DNA of 64,000 bases from an uncultured bacterium (GTDB taxonomy: Bacteria; Hydrogenedentota; Hydrogenedentia; Hydrogenedentales; CAILVY01), in assembly GCA_937951485.1 (NCBI GenBank), contig CALEDJ010000029.1:4589-68588 (forward strand). Direction: 5' to 3'. The position numbers were made by a program, and so were the translations under genes. The notes beneath the pieces were generated by a model, which saw nothing but the letters and a program-made list of their open reading frames with translations, did not search any database and was not told the origin of the DNA. Positions 19,886 through 30,320 of the stretch are shown in pieces (the stretch's first letter is position 1; each line of letters starts with the position of its first letter).

Positions 19886-21138
19886 TACTTCCTCTCTTTC
19901 TGTTGCTGCATTCGCTTGCGCAGAAATGACGGAACCTTGAAATCGTCCGTCTCTTCGGTGACGGCAGGTTCCTGAGGCCGGTCCAAATCCGCGGGAAAAA
20001 GTTCCTGCTCTCCCGAAGCGACAACGCCTTTACCCGTATCTTTGCGCATTTCGCCGGCTGTCTTGGATTTCTCTTCCGTTGGCGCCGCCGCTTTGGCGGG
20101 ACGCTCCGATGAGGCGGCAACCGTCGCACCGGCCAAAGCATTTTCTCCGGCCAGGAAAGATTCCGACACCCCCTTGGGGAAGCCCGCCGCAATCACTGTC
20201 ACTTGAAGTTCTGGACGTTCGTCTTCGTCTATGACCGCGCCGAATATGATGTTCGCATCCGGGTGCGCCGCCTTTTTCACGGTGGTCACCGCGAGTTGCA
20301 CCTCGCGCATGCCGATGTCGCAGCCGCCCTTGATATTTACGATCACGCCCATGGCGCCATTGATGTTGGACTGTTCGAGCAGCGGGCAGACAATGGCTTC
20401 CTCCGCTGCGAGGACGGCGCGGTTTTCGCCTTCGGCGGCGCCGATGCCCATCAGTGCGCGCCCGCGGGCCTGCATGATGGTGCGCACATCGGCGAAGTCC
20501 AGGTTGATCAATCCGGGGACGGTGATGAGTTCGGAAATGGCGCGGACACCGTTGGCCAGCACTTCGTCGGCCATGGAGAACGCCTGTAAGAACGACATGT
20601 TGCCCTGGCACAGGGCGGCCACGCGGTCATTGGGTACGACGATCAGCGTGTCCACGTGTTTTTCGAGTTCCTTCAACCCCGTCATCGCGTTGGCCATGCG
20701 TTCTTTGCCTTCGAAACCAAAGGGCAGGGTGACGATGGCGACGGTCAACGCGCCGCCGCTCCGCGCCTCTTCCGCCACGATGGGGCTTGCCCCGGTGCCT
20801 GTCCCACCGCCGAGGCCGGCGGTAAGAAAGACCATGTCGGCGCCGGAAAGCACTTCACGAATCCGCTCGCGGTCTTCCTCAGCGGCTTTCAGGCCGATAT
20901 CCGGTTTCGCGCCGGACCCCAGACCGTTGGTCAACTGGACGCCGATCTGCAGGCGGATGCCGGCGGGCGAATGCTTCAGCGCCTGGGCATCGGTATTGAT
21001 GGTGATGAATTCCACGTCGGAAAGACCGGCCTGGATCATCCGTCCAATGGCGTTACCGCCGCCGCCGCCAATACCGCACACCTTGATGACCGCGCGTTGG
21101 TCAAAGGACTGGAATTCATCCGACATTCCAATGCTCAT
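19885..21138 (-). CDS. ftsZ: Cell division protein FtsZ
   Basis: GGGGGNA, GGGTGTG and NLDFAD motifs; C-terminal VPSFLRK peptide. Confidence 0.98.
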   Translation of the reverse strand: MSIGMSDEFQSFDQRAVIKVCGIGGGGGNAIGRMIQAGLSDVEFITINTDAQALKHSPAGIRLQIGVQLTNGLGSGAKPDIGLKAAEEDRERIREVLSGADMVFLTAGLGGGTGTGASPIVAEEARSGGALTVAIVTLPFGFEGKERMANAMTGLKELEKHVDTLIVVPNDRVAALCQGNMSFLQAFSMADEVLANGVRAISELITVPGLINLDFADVRTIMQARGRALMGIGAAEGENRAVLAAEEAIVCPLLEQSNINGAMGVIVNIKGGCDIGMREVQLAVTTVKKAAHPDANIIFGAVIDEDERPELQVTVIAAGFPKGVSESFLAGENALAGATVAASSERPAKAAAPTEEKSKTAGEMRKDTGKGVVASGEQELFPADLDRPQEPAVTEETDDFKVPSFLRKRMQQQKERK

Positions 21139-21219
21139 GTTGTTGCTCCCGTAAACGCGCCCCTCTGGGCGGTTGATATTAGCACCTTGTTCATGGCGGG
21201 AACAAATGCCATTACCGCA

Positions 21220-22008
21220 TCATTTGCAGGCCAAATCGCTGCCGAAACGCAGATCCAGATACTCCGTGCATGGCAACGCGCCATTCATCTCGCGCCAGAG
21301 TACATAGAAGCGCATGGCCTGGGCCTCGAAATCGCGGCGTCCCCAGCGCACTTCAAAGGGAATCTCGTCAAAGTAGGTGAGAATGGCGTTCGGCGATTGT
21401 GCGGCGATTTCCCCCAAGGTCAGGAACTCGGCCAGGGGCGAGGCGGTAAACGCCCTCCATGTCGCCATCGCCGCCGCAAATGCCGGATGCTCGACACGGT
21501 CGCCGGGTTCAATCGGCCCCATATCCGGGATGCCGGTGATCAGTGCGCCGACCGGCTCCGCCTTCCAATCCAACTCACGGAGCACCAGACCGTTTTCGTC
21601 CACCTCGAACGCGCGATTGTTCACCAGCAGCGTGGCCGCCGCCTGACGCTCTTCTATGCGGATAATGACGGTGTCCGGCAACATGCGACGCACTTCAGCG
21701 TGTTTCACGTAGGGTATCGCCTCAATCCGCCGTCGGATATCTTCGGCGCTGGCCCGCCACAGATTATCCGACTCCTTGATATCCGCCGCCCGACGAATGG
21801 TTTCCAGATCCAGCGCGTGGGCCCCTTCCACCTGAATGCGTTTCACGGTGAATCGGGGAGATTCCTTCATGTATTGCGAAAAGGCATGCCCCAGCCCCGC
21901 AACGAGGACAAATAGCACAACCAAACGTAATCCAACGAAAAACATGCGTCGCCGCCGTTGCCGCAAGGCGCCGCGTCGGACTCGTATGCCCCCGTTGTCC
22001 CGCTTCAT
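21220..22008 (-). CDS. ftsQ: Cell division protein FtsQ/DivIB
   Basis: Basic N-terminus, single TM, POTRA region (VRRMLPDTVIIRIEER), C-terminal YLDLRF. Confidence 0.85.
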   Translation of the reverse strand: MKRDNGGIRVRRGALRQRRRRMFFVGLRLVVLFVLVAGLGHAFSQYMKESPRFTVKRIQVEGAHALDLETIRRAADIKESDNLWRASAEDIRRRIEAIPYVKHAEVRRMLPDTVIIRIEERQAAATLLVNNRAFEVDENGLVLRELDWKAEPVGALITGIPDMGPIEPGDRVEHPAFAAAMATWRAFTASPLAEFLTLGEIAAQSPNAILTYFDEIPFEVRWGRRDFEAQAMRFYVLWREMNGALPCTEYLDLRFGSDLACK

Positions 22009-23450
22009 GCTCCCGTCCCCAGTGTTTCCAACAGCGGCGCACCAATCCGGTTGATATTGCCCGCACCGAGAATCAATACCAAGTCACCGTCCCTTAGTTC
22101 AGGCGCCAGATGGCGTGGCACTGTTTCCATGTCGCGCACCAGTTCGATAGTATTGCAACCCTGCGCGCGCGCTGCGTCCACGATCAGTCCCGCATCCACG
22201 CCGGGCATCGGCTCCTCCCGCGAAGCATAGATGTCCGTAACAATCGCCCGGTCCACGCCTGCCAATACACGGGCGAAGTCTTCGCACAGAAACTTGGTGC
22301 GACTGTAGAGGTGCGGCTGGAATACACAGATAGTCCGCGCCGGTTCCAGCCACCTGACCGCTTCCAGCGTGCTCGCGATTTCCGTGGGATGATGCGCATA
22401 GTCCTCCACCACCAACACCCCGCGCCGCTCGCCGCAGACCTGAAGCCGCCGACGCACGCCGTCAAAAAGACGCAACCCCTCCGCTATAAGCCCGAAGCGC
22501 ATGCCAAGGCACAGACCCACGGCGCAGGCGGCCAACGCATTCCGCACGTTGTGCGTACCGATCGCGTTGAACTCCAATGTGCCCAACGGCCCGAAAACCG
22601 GCAGGCGTTCGTCCTGCGCCGTCACATCCACCAGCGTGCGCAGGCGCGGCAGTTGCCGCGCCTTGGGTTGCGCGCTATCCGGCGCAACGAGCCGGATATT
22701 TGTCCCGCGCAATGACACGTCCGCGCCCAGCCCGTAGGTGATGCAGACGCTCTCAATATCCTTGAGAATCACGCACGTGTTCGGGTCATCGCCGCAAACG
22801 ATCGAATAGCCGTAAAAAGGCACGTCGTTACAGAAATCCGTGAAGGCGCGTTGGATGCGGTCAATGGTGCCGTAGTATTCCAGATGCTCCGCGTCAATGC
22901 TCGTCACCACCGCAATCGTCGGGTGCAGGCGCAAGAACGACCCGTCGTGCTCGTCCGCCTCCGCCACCAGATAGTCGCCCGTGCCCCAGCGCGCGTTGGT
23001 GCCGCTCCGGTGCAGAATACCGCCCACGATGCTGGTCGCCCCGATGTTCGCGCGGTCCAGGAATGCGCTGATCATGGACGTCGTGGTCGTTTTACCGTGC
23101 GTCCCCCCCACCGCCACGGCATTCGGCTTAAGACGAATCAGGTCCGCCAGCAGATCGCTGCGATGGATCACCGGGATGCGGCGTTCCCGCGCCGCGAGCA
23201 CTTCGGTGTTGTCCGGCCCCACCGCCGCCGAAACCACCACGATTCCCGCGTCTCCGATGTGTTCCGGTGCATGACCTTCAAAGAATCGCAGACCGTATTG
23301 CCGCAGTCGGTCGGTGATTTCCGATGCCTTCAGGTCGGAACCCGACACCTCATACCCCAGATTCAACAGAATTTCGGCCAGACCGCTCATGCCTATCCCG
23401 CCCACGCCGACAAAATGCACTTTGCGTTTCAGGCCGTTCATCCGCCCCAC
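22005..23450 (-). CDS. murC: UDP-N-acetylmuramate--L-alanine ligase
   Basis: HFVGVGGIGMSG, GTHGKTTT, EADEHD, DYAHHPTE and FQPHLYSRT motifs. Confidence 0.97.
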   Translation of the reverse strand: MGRMNGLKRKVHFVGVGGIGMSGLAEILLNLGYEVSGSDLKASEITDRLRQYGLRFFEGHAPEHIGDAGIVVVSAAVGPDNTEVLAARERRIPVIHRSDLLADLIRLKPNAVAVGGTHGKTTTTSMISAFLDRANIGATSIVGGILHRSGTNARWGTGDYLVAEADEHDGSFLRLHPTIAVVTSIDAEHLEYYGTIDRIQRAFTDFCNDVPFYGYSIVCGDDPNTCVILKDIESVCITYGLGADVSLRGTNIRLVAPDSAQPKARQLPRLRTLVDVTAQDERLPVFGPLGTLEFNAIGTHNVRNALAACAVGLCLGMRFGLIAEGLRLFDGVRRRLQVCGERRGVLVVEDYAHHPTEIASTLEAVRWLEPARTICVFQPHLYSRTKFLCEDFARVLAGVDRAIVTDIYASREEPMPGVDAGLIVDAARAQGCNTIELVRDMETVPRHLAPELRDGDLVLILGAGNINRIGAPLLETLGTGA

Positions 23451-23518
23451 CTCTTAAACCCAATATCTTGTGGTATTGGGGATTCTAGCACAAAAACGCC
23501 ACAAGGTAAAGGGGGATC

Positions 23519-23546
23519 GAATGCCGAATGCGGAATACGGAATGCG
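23519..23546. repeat. Short tandem heptamer repeat (GAATRCS x4)
   Basis: GAATGCC GAATGCG GAATACG GAATGCG. Confidence 0.6.
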
Positions 23547-23640
23547 TCGTGTGAAATGCAAAGTATCGGACGTCAAATCCAGGTTGACACAGGGGTGTGT
23601 GGGTGTGTTATCAACGTCTGAAATCGTGGAGAAACCCATC

Positions 23641-25056
23641 ATGATGCGGGCATTGTTGTGTTTTGTTGTCATGTCATTGGTCACTTCGGCGGCAGCGGAA
23701 ACCGGGATGAAGCGCCTCGCGGTGGCGCATGGTCCGGAAGGGAAACCGTATCTCACTTATGGGGATGAGCCGCTGTTCGCTTTCGGGCCGGGCGACGAGA
23801 TGCGCATTATCGGCGGCGCGGCGGATTTGGACCGTTGGGGAGCGTGGCAACAGGCGCACGGCATGAATCTTGTCCGGGCGTATCCCATGTCAGTGCCGTT
23901 GGAAGCCTACGGCACGCCCGGCCTGCACCCGTTCAAGAAAGCGCCGGACAGCGAGTTGTGGGATGTGGATCAGTTTAATGCGGATTACTTCGACATGATT
24001 GGCAAGAATGCGGCGCGACTGGAAACCTATGGCATCATTCTGCACCTGCAATTGTGGCAGATCGTTTTCTTCAAAGGCGGGGCCAAGCGCTGGGACATCA
24101 ATTACATCAACCCCGGCAACAACGTGAATGCCTGGACCCGGGCCCTGAGGCGCGGGCGCGACTACATTGACGCTCCGGCGGACAGTCCCGCCCGGGCGCA
24201 TCAGCGCGAGTGGGTGCTGCGCATCCTGAATGCCGTCAAGGGACACGGCAATGTCTGGATTGATGTCATCAATGAACTGGGCAATGAAATGGGCACGCTC
24301 GCGTGGGCCGTCGAGGTGGTTCGATGGATTCGCGAATGGGAGCGGGAGAACGATTGGCGATTTCTGGTGGGTGTTGATTCCGAGCACCACTACCGGCCCG
24401 GTGTGTTCACGCCCTGTCAAGAGCATTTTGATCTCATCATTCTCAACGAACTGGTGAGTCCGGATCATGCGCGCCGGGCTTTCGAGGATTTTCAGAAACC
24501 CATTATCAGCGTGCGTTCCAGCGACGGTCGCAATCAACTGGATGATTATATGTTCGTCAACGAACATCAGACCGGTCCGGAGCACCAGGCGCGCTACCGC
24601 ACCCTCTGCTACCGCAGCCTCTTCTGCAATCTGCAATCTGTCGGCGCGTATTGGAAAATGGAAATTCCGGTTGCCGACTACGCCGATATGCAGGAGTGGC
24701 CGCGTTATGCAAAGGCCCTGCGCAAGTTCTGGCACATGATTGCGCCCGAATGGCCACGCCTGATCGTGGATGACGCCATCATCCTTTCAGAGACCGTTAC
24801 GCCGAAGGCATACGGGCTGCGTTCGGAGACGTTGCGACTTGTCTATCTGGAGTGCGGGCCGCACACGTGGAACAACGCCTATCCGGCATCGGAACTGGTG
24901 CTGGCCGCGCCGGGGAAGATCGCTTCCGTAACCGCGTTCCACCCTCGAAATGGTGAAGAGGATCCTGCGCAATATGTCGTGGACGGCGACAAAGCGCGGA
25001 TTTCCCTGCCGGAGTTTGTTGACGATGTGGTCGTGATGATCCGGTCGGAAATCTGA
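23641..25056 (+). CDS. Secreted glycoside-hydrolase-like (clan GH-A TIM barrel) hypothetical protein
   Basis: Signal peptide ending SAAA; GMNLVR, FNADYF and IDVINE pattern typical of GH5-like barrels; C-terminal beta domain. Confidence 0.55.
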   Translation: MMRALLCFVVMSLVTSAAAETGMKRLAVAHGPEGKPYLTYGDEPLFAFGPGDEMRIIGGAADLDRWGAWQQAHGMNLVRAYPMSVPLEAYGTPGLHPFKKAPDSELWDVDQFNADYFDMIGKNAARLETYGIILHLQLWQIVFFKGGAKRWDINYINPGNNVNAWTRALRRGRDYIDAPADSPARAHQREWVLRILNAVKGHGNVWIDVINELGNEMGTLAWAVEVVRWIREWERENDWRFLVGVDSEHHYRPGVFTPCQEHFDLIILNELVSPDHARRAFEDFQKPIISVRSSDGRNQLDDYMFVNEHQTGPEHQARYRTLCYRSLFCNLQSVGAYWKMEIPVADYADMQEWPRYAKALRKFWHMIAPEWPRLIVDDAIILSETVTPKAYGLRSETLRLVYLECGPHTWNNAYPASELVLAAPGKIASVTAFHPRNGEEDPAQYVVDGDKARISLPEFVDDVVVMIRSEI

Positions 25057-25071
25057 AAAAGCAACAAGCCT

Positions 25072-25500
25072 TCAGCCTTTTTTCCGTCTTGATGCATAGG
25101 CCCCTGCAGCGGTGATGACCACAATGGCGGCGGTGGCCGTGACGGCGATGGCGGTCTTGACCGCGCGCTCCACCTGTTTGCTTTTCCACTTGCCGGTCTT
25201 GCAGCCGACAGCGAAATGTTCACAATTGCGGAAGAGGACATTGTATTTGCGCTCACCCAGAAAAGACTTGGCGGTCTTGATGACCTCTTTCACGGGACGC
25301 GCTTTTCCGGGGGCGTACTTGACCACGGCGTGCTTCTTCCCTTTGCAGAATTCCTCCAGGGGCGATCGGCAGACATGCGCATCTTTGATATTGAACAATT
25401 CTCCGGAGTAATGGATGACCGTGCCGTCGCCCATGTCAATCCCATGATGCGTGTATAGTCCGCCCATCCGTTTTACTGTTATATGGTCGCCTTTGGCCAT
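25072..25500 (-). CDS. LRAT/NC-domain (permuted papain-like) acyltransferase family protein
   Basis: YTHHGIDMGDGTVIHY and YNVLFRNCEHF motifs; C-terminal hydrophobic helix. Confidence 0.88.
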   Translation of the reverse strand: MAKGDHITVKRMGGLYTHHGIDMGDGTVIHYSGELFNIKDAHVCRSPLEEFCKGKKHAVVKYAPGKARPVKEVIKTAKSFLGERKYNVLFRNCEHFAVGCKTGKWKSKQVERAVKTAIAVTATAAIVVITAAGAYASRRKKG

Positions 25501-25515
25501 GCCCAATCTCTGTTG

Positions 25516-25671
25516 GTAACCGTTCACGGGGTCAAGAATTCGAAAACACCCGGAAAACCGCACTTTTTCGGCGCACAAGTCGTCGCATTTTGCCGCATTT
25601 TCGCGCCGTTCTCCCGCTGCAATTGCGAAAAACCCCATGTTTTTGGGGGGTTCAACCCCGTGAACGGTTAC
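25516..25671. mobile_element. 156-bp MITE with IS66-type ends
   Basis: Perfect 17-bp TIR GTAACCGTTCACGGGGT; 8-bp direct repeat CTCTGTTG at 25508-25515 and 25672-25679. Confidence 0.88.
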
Positions 25672-25841
25672 CTCTGTTGTTGCATGTTTTCGCTTCGATT
25701 TCGTTGTTCCACGCCATCTTCCGATTCGCGAATTGATGCGCCATCATTTTTGCTTGTATCAATCCCCCGGCGGTCTCATACCGGCGGCGCACGAGTTGCC
25801 GGTGCTCCTCCGGCATTGGACTTTTCATGCCTTGACCTTCT

Positions 25842-26435
25842 TCACGCATCGTGCGCCATCTGCCGATCAATAATCTCCCAGAGAGGACGGACACCTTCGC
25901 CGGTTTCGGCGGAAAAGGGGATGATCTCCACGTCATGGTCCAAACTCAGGCCACGCCGGATTTTTTGAATCTGCGCGTCGCGTCGGCCCTTGCTGACCTT
26001 GTCTATTTTGGTCGCCACCAGCAGCGTCGGGGTTTGGGCGTCTTCGAGCAGGTCCAGCATGTGCGCATCGAGCGGCGAGGGATCATGGCGGGAATCAAGC
26101 AGCACGACGGCCAGCCGCAGGGTCTCGCGATCTTTGAGATACTCGACCATCACGCGGTTCCACTCGTTCTTGAGCGCCTTGGGCACCTTGGCGAAGCCGT
26201 AGCCGGGCAAATCCACGAAATAGATTGTCCCATTGATGTCGAAGAAGTTGATGGTCTGTGTTTTTCCGGGTGTGGAACTGGTTTTGGCAAGCCCCTTCCG
26301 GTTCAGGAGCCGGTTGAGCAAACTCGACTTGCCGACATTCGATCGGCCCACGAAAGCGATTTCCGGGCGGCGGTCCCTGGGATAGTCCTCAGGCCGCAGC
26401 GCGCTTTTCAGAAATTGCGCCGAGGTCACTTTCAT
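25842..26435 (-). CDS. engB: Ribosome biogenesis GTPase EngB/YihA/YsxC
   Basis: GRSNVGKSS, PGKT, DLPGYG, TKID and FSA motifs. Confidence 0.95.
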   Translation of the reverse strand: MKVTSAQFLKSALRPEDYPRDRRPEIAFVGRSNVGKSSLLNRLLNRKGLAKTSSTPGKTQTINFFDINGTIYFVDLPGYGFAKVPKALKNEWNRVMVEYLKDRETLRLAVVLLDSRHDPSPLDAHMLDLLEDAQTPTLLVATKIDKVSKGRRDAQIQKIRRGLSLDHDVEIIPFSAETGEGVRPLWEIIDRQMAHDA

Positions 26436-26465
26436 GGCAATCGTCTTCCCCTGTGATCTGAATTT

Positions 26466-28817
26466 TCACTGTGCGGCCTCGTCTTCGAAGGTCAGGCGCA
26501 TGACCTCCGCCACGTTTCCCACCAGGCTGAATTGGATTTCTTCGCGTATTTCCCTGGGGATATCGGGCAGGTCTTTCTCATTTTCTTTCGGCAAGATGAC
26601 ATGGCGGATGCCGGCGCGATGCGCCGCCAGCACTTTTTCCTTGATGCCGCCGACGGGAAGAACGCGTCCGCGCAGGGTGATTTCGCCGGTCATGGACAGG
26701 GCGGCTTTGGGTCTTTTCCCTGAGAGCGCCGAAAACATGGAAATCACAAGGGCGACGCCGGCTGAGGGGCCGTCTTTGGGGATGGCGCCTTCGGGGATAT
26801 GCACATGGACATCCGTGTTCTTATGGAAATCCGCGGGTAATTTCAGGGCGGCGGCGTTCGCTCGAAGATAGGTCAACCCCGCCTCGCCCGACTCCTTCAT
26901 CACATCGCCCAATTGGCCGGTAAGCGTCAGTTTGCCCTTGCCTTTCATGGTGCTGGTCTCGATGGTCAGCACATCGCCGCCGGACTGGGTCCATGCCATG
27001 CCAATGGCGACGCCCACCTGCGGCTGAAGTTCTGCGCGAATGGCGCTGTAGGGCGGCGGTCCGAGCAGGTCGGGCAGCGTTTCCGTTTCGACCACCACTG
27101 TCCCTTCATGTTGCTTCGCCACGATTTTCCGCGCCACCTTCCGGCAGATGTTCGCGATTTGACGTTCGAGTTCCCGGACCCCCGCTTCGCGGGTGTAGCG
27201 TTGGATCAGCGTATCCAGCCCTTGATCCGTGAAACGCAGCGCATCGTGCGCCAGTCCGCATTCGCGCATCTGGCGCGGAATCAGGAACAGGCGCGCAATG
27301 TGCTCTTTTTCATTGAGCGTATATCCAGAGAGGCGCACCACCTCCATGCGGTCGTGCAGTGCGTAGGGAATGTCGAATTCGTTGTTCGCGGTGGCAATGA
27401 AGAAGACCTCGGACAGGTCGAACTCGACTTCAAGATAGTGGTCGCTGAACATCTTGTTCTGTGCCGGGTCCAAGACTTCCAGGAGTGCGGACGACGGGTC
27501 GCCCCGGAAATCCACGCTCATTTTGTCCACTTCATCCAGCATGAAGACCGGATTGCGCACACCCACTTTTTTCATGTTCTGGATGATGCGTCCGGGCAGC
27601 GCGCCAATGTACGTGCGGCGATGACCGCGGATTTCCGCTTCGTCTCGGACGCCGCCGAGCGAGACCCGGACAAATTTTCGGCCCATGGCCCTGGCAATGG
27701 ACTGCCCTAAAGAGGTCTTCCCCACGCCGGGCGGCCCCACCAGGCACAGAATCGGTCCTTTGACGTCTCTGTTGAGTTTACGCACAGCCAGAAATTCCAG
27801 GATGCGTTCTTTCACCTTGTCAAGGCCGTAATGGTCTTCATCGAGCACTTTGCGGGCCCGTCCGATATTGATGGTGTCCTTGCTGCGCTTTTTCCAGGGC
27901 ATGTCGCACAGCCATTCCAGATAGGTGCGGATAACAGCGCTCTCCGGGCTCATCGGCGGCATGCGTTCATAGCGGACATATTCCCGTTCGGCCTTTTCAC
28001 GCACTTCCTTGGGCATGCCTGCATCGTTGATTAGCGTACGCATTTCGGCGAACTCGGAGCCGAATCCGTCATCGCGTGCTCCGAGTTCCTGTTGAATGGC
28101 CCGCAACTGCTCGTGCAGATAATGTTCACGCTGACTGCGTTCCATCTGCTCCCGCACGCGGTCGCGTACCGTGTGTTCGATGGTCATCAGATCATTCTCG
28201 CGCATGAGGAATCCGGCGATTTTTTCCAGCCGTTCACCCGCATCCAGGGTGGCGAGCAGTTCCTGGCGCTCTTCCAGACGCAGGGGCAGGTAGGCGCAGA
28301 TGGCGTCCGCCAGGGTCTCTGGATCGGTCAAATCCCGAATGGACGATAGAATTTCCGGAGCGACGCGCTGGCTCAGTCGAACATATTCTTCAAACTGCGC
28401 CATCGCCGCCCGCATCAATCCCTTGACTTCCCGGTCTTGCCGGAGCCTGGGTTCGATGTGCTGCACCATCACCTCCGCAAATTCGTTGCTGAAATCGAAA
28501 CGCACGGCCCGACCCCGGCCCAGTCCTTCCACCACGACCTTCATCGTGCCGTCGGGCATGCGCAGCGTCTGCAAAATACGCGCGCCAATGCCAATACGGT
28601 GCATGTCAGCGGACTTCGGGTCTTCTTTGGAGGCATCTTTCTGTGCGCAAAGGAAAAGGGGTATATCGGCGGCCAGACATTCCTCCACCGCCGCCAGCGA
28701 CATGGGCCGCCCTACCAGCAACGGCACCACCATTCTCGGAAAAATCACCGCGTCCTTTAAGGGAAGCAACGGCAATCGCATGGTCATCGGGGCGGTAGCG
28801 TTTGCTTTGCGCGCCAT
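26466..28817 (-). CDS. lon: Lon protease
   Basis: LPLLPL, GPPGVGKTS, RRTYIGALPG and PKDGPSAG motifs; start taken at MARKA. Confidence 0.97.
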   Translation of the reverse strand: MARKANATAPMTMRLPLLPLKDAVIFPRMVVPLLVGRPMSLAAVEECLAADIPLFLCAQKDASKEDPKSADMHRIGIGARILQTLRMPDGTMKVVVEGLGRGRAVRFDFSNEFAEVMVQHIEPRLRQDREVKGLMRAAMAQFEEYVRLSQRVAPEILSSIRDLTDPETLADAICAYLPLRLEERQELLATLDAGERLEKIAGFLMRENDLMTIEHTVRDRVREQMERSQREHYLHEQLRAIQQELGARDDGFGSEFAEMRTLINDAGMPKEVREKAEREYVRYERMPPMSPESAVIRTYLEWLCDMPWKKRSKDTINIGRARKVLDEDHYGLDKVKERILEFLAVRKLNRDVKGPILCLVGPPGVGKTSLGQSIARAMGRKFVRVSLGGVRDEAEIRGHRRTYIGALPGRIIQNMKKVGVRNPVFMLDEVDKMSVDFRGDPSSALLEVLDPAQNKMFSDHYLEVEFDLSEVFFIATANNEFDIPYALHDRMEVVRLSGYTLNEKEHIARLFLIPRQMRECGLAHDALRFTDQGLDTLIQRYTREAGVRELERQIANICRKVARKIVAKQHEGTVVVETETLPDLLGPPPYSAIRAELQPQVGVAIGMAWTQSGGDVLTIETSTMKGKGKLTLTGQLGDVMKESGEAGLTYLRANAAALKLPADFHKNTDVHVHIPEGAIPKDGPSAGVALVISMFSALSGKRPKAALSMTGEITLRGRVLPVGGIKEKVLAAHRAGIRHVILPKENEKDLPDIPREIREEIQFSLVGNVAEVMRLTFEDEAAQ

Positions 28818-28961
28818 TTCAACAAATCTCCGGGGATGGGGTGACGTCTTTATTCCAGGAACCAGGCCGCCCTGAAGCATGGGGCATGACGATGAGAGCA
28901 GTATAACGCACGGCGTGGATGTTCTGAAAATGCACAGCGGCGGCGGGGCACAAGGCCGGAA

Positions 28962-30245
28962 TCAGGCGGAGGCGGATTTTTTGCCGCTGCTGCGCTCGCG
29001 CCCGCCGGCGGTTTCGTGCTCGTACACCAGGAGCGGCTCTTCCAGTTTCCTGATGACGCCCGGGGTAATGACACATTCGCGCACATCGCGCCGCGATGGA
29101 ATGTCGAACATCAGGTTCAGCATTACCTCTTCCATGATGCTGCGCAGGCCGCGCGCGCCGGTGTCCAATTCGATGGCACGGTCTGCGACGGCTTCCACCG
29201 CTTCCTCGGAGAAGCGCAGGGAAACCCCTTCGAGATGGAACAGTTTTTCATACTGGCGCGTGAGCGCGTTTTTCGGTTCCAGAAGAATGCGGATAAGGTC
29301 CTCCCGGGTCAACTCGTGCAGCGTGGCGACAACCGGGAGCCGGCCGATGAATTCCGGGATAAGTCCAAACTTGATCAGGTCTTCCGGTCGCACCTGCCGC
29401 AAGAGGTCGCCGATGCGCCGCACCTTCTTCGACTTGATGTCCGCGTTGAATCCGATCACATTGGCCCCGAGCCGCTTTTCAACGATGCGCTCCAGACTGT
29501 TGAAGGCGCCGCCGCAAATAAACAGGATATTGCGCGTATCCACCTGGATGCATTCCTGCTGGGGATGTTTGCGCCCGCCTTGCGGCGGGACATTGGCCAC
29601 AGTGCCCTCCAGAATTTTGAGCAGGGCCTGCTGGACCCCTTCGCCGGACACATCGCGTGTAATCGAAGGGCTGTCGCTCTTGCGCGCGATCTTGTCCACC
29701 TCGTCAATATAGACAATGCCCATTTCGGCGCGGGCGGCGTCAAAATCGGCATTCTGAAGCAGTTTCAGGATCACATTTTCGACATCGTCGCCGACATAGC
29801 CCGCCTCGGTCAGCGTCGTTGCATCCACCACGGCAAACGGCACATCCAGCATCCGCGCCAGGGTCTCGGCGAGCAGGGTCTTGCCGCAGCCCGAAGGACC
29901 GATCAGCAGCACGTTGGCCTTCTGGATTTCCACGCCGTCAATTTCGCCCCCCGCCGCAATACGTTTGTAATGATTGTGCACCGCCACCGAAAGCACCCGC
30001 TTCGCATAATCCTGCCCCACGCAATACTGATCGAGATAATCCTTGATCTCTTTCGGGGCGGGCACCCGCATGGAGCGATTGCCGACCTTCCGGGCGCGGT
30101 CCTCCGCCACGATTTCACTGCAGAGGTGCACACATTCGTCGCAGATGTTGACATCCGGCCCCGCAATCAGTTTGTTGACTTCATCGTGGCGCTTGCCACA
30201 AAAAGAACAGGTGGGCACATCATTACGCGAACGCTGCGGCGCCAT
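28962..30245 (-). CDS. clpX: ATP-dependent Clp protease ATP-binding subunit
   Basis: CSFCGK..ICDEC zinc domain, [16 protein letters not shown] and IGF loop. Confidence 0.98.
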   Translation of the reverse strand: MAPQRSRNDVPTCSFCGKRHDEVNKLIAGPDVNICDECVHLCSEIVAEDRARKVGNRSMRVPAPKEIKDYLDQYCVGQDYAKRVLSVAVHNHYKRIAAGGEIDGVEIQKANVLLIGPSGCGKTLLAETLARMLDVPFAVVDATTLTEAGYVGDDVENVILKLLQNADFDAARAEMGIVYIDEVDKIARKSDSPSITRDVSGEGVQQALLKILEGTVANVPPQGGRKHPQQECIQVDTRNILFICGGAFNSLERIVEKRLGANVIGFNADIKSKKVRRIGDLLRQVRPEDLIKFGLIPEFIGRLPVVATLHELTREDLIRILLEPKNALTRQYEKLFHLEGVSLRFSEEAVEAVADRAIELDTGARGLRSIMEEVMLNLMFDIPSRRDVRECVITPGVIRKLEEPLLVYEHETAGGRERSSGKKSASA

Positions 30246-30320
30246 AACTACCTCCCATCTGATGATTCCTTCGGAATCGAATATTTCATTCCGATCTGGT
30301 CGCGACTGCGGGTCGTATCA

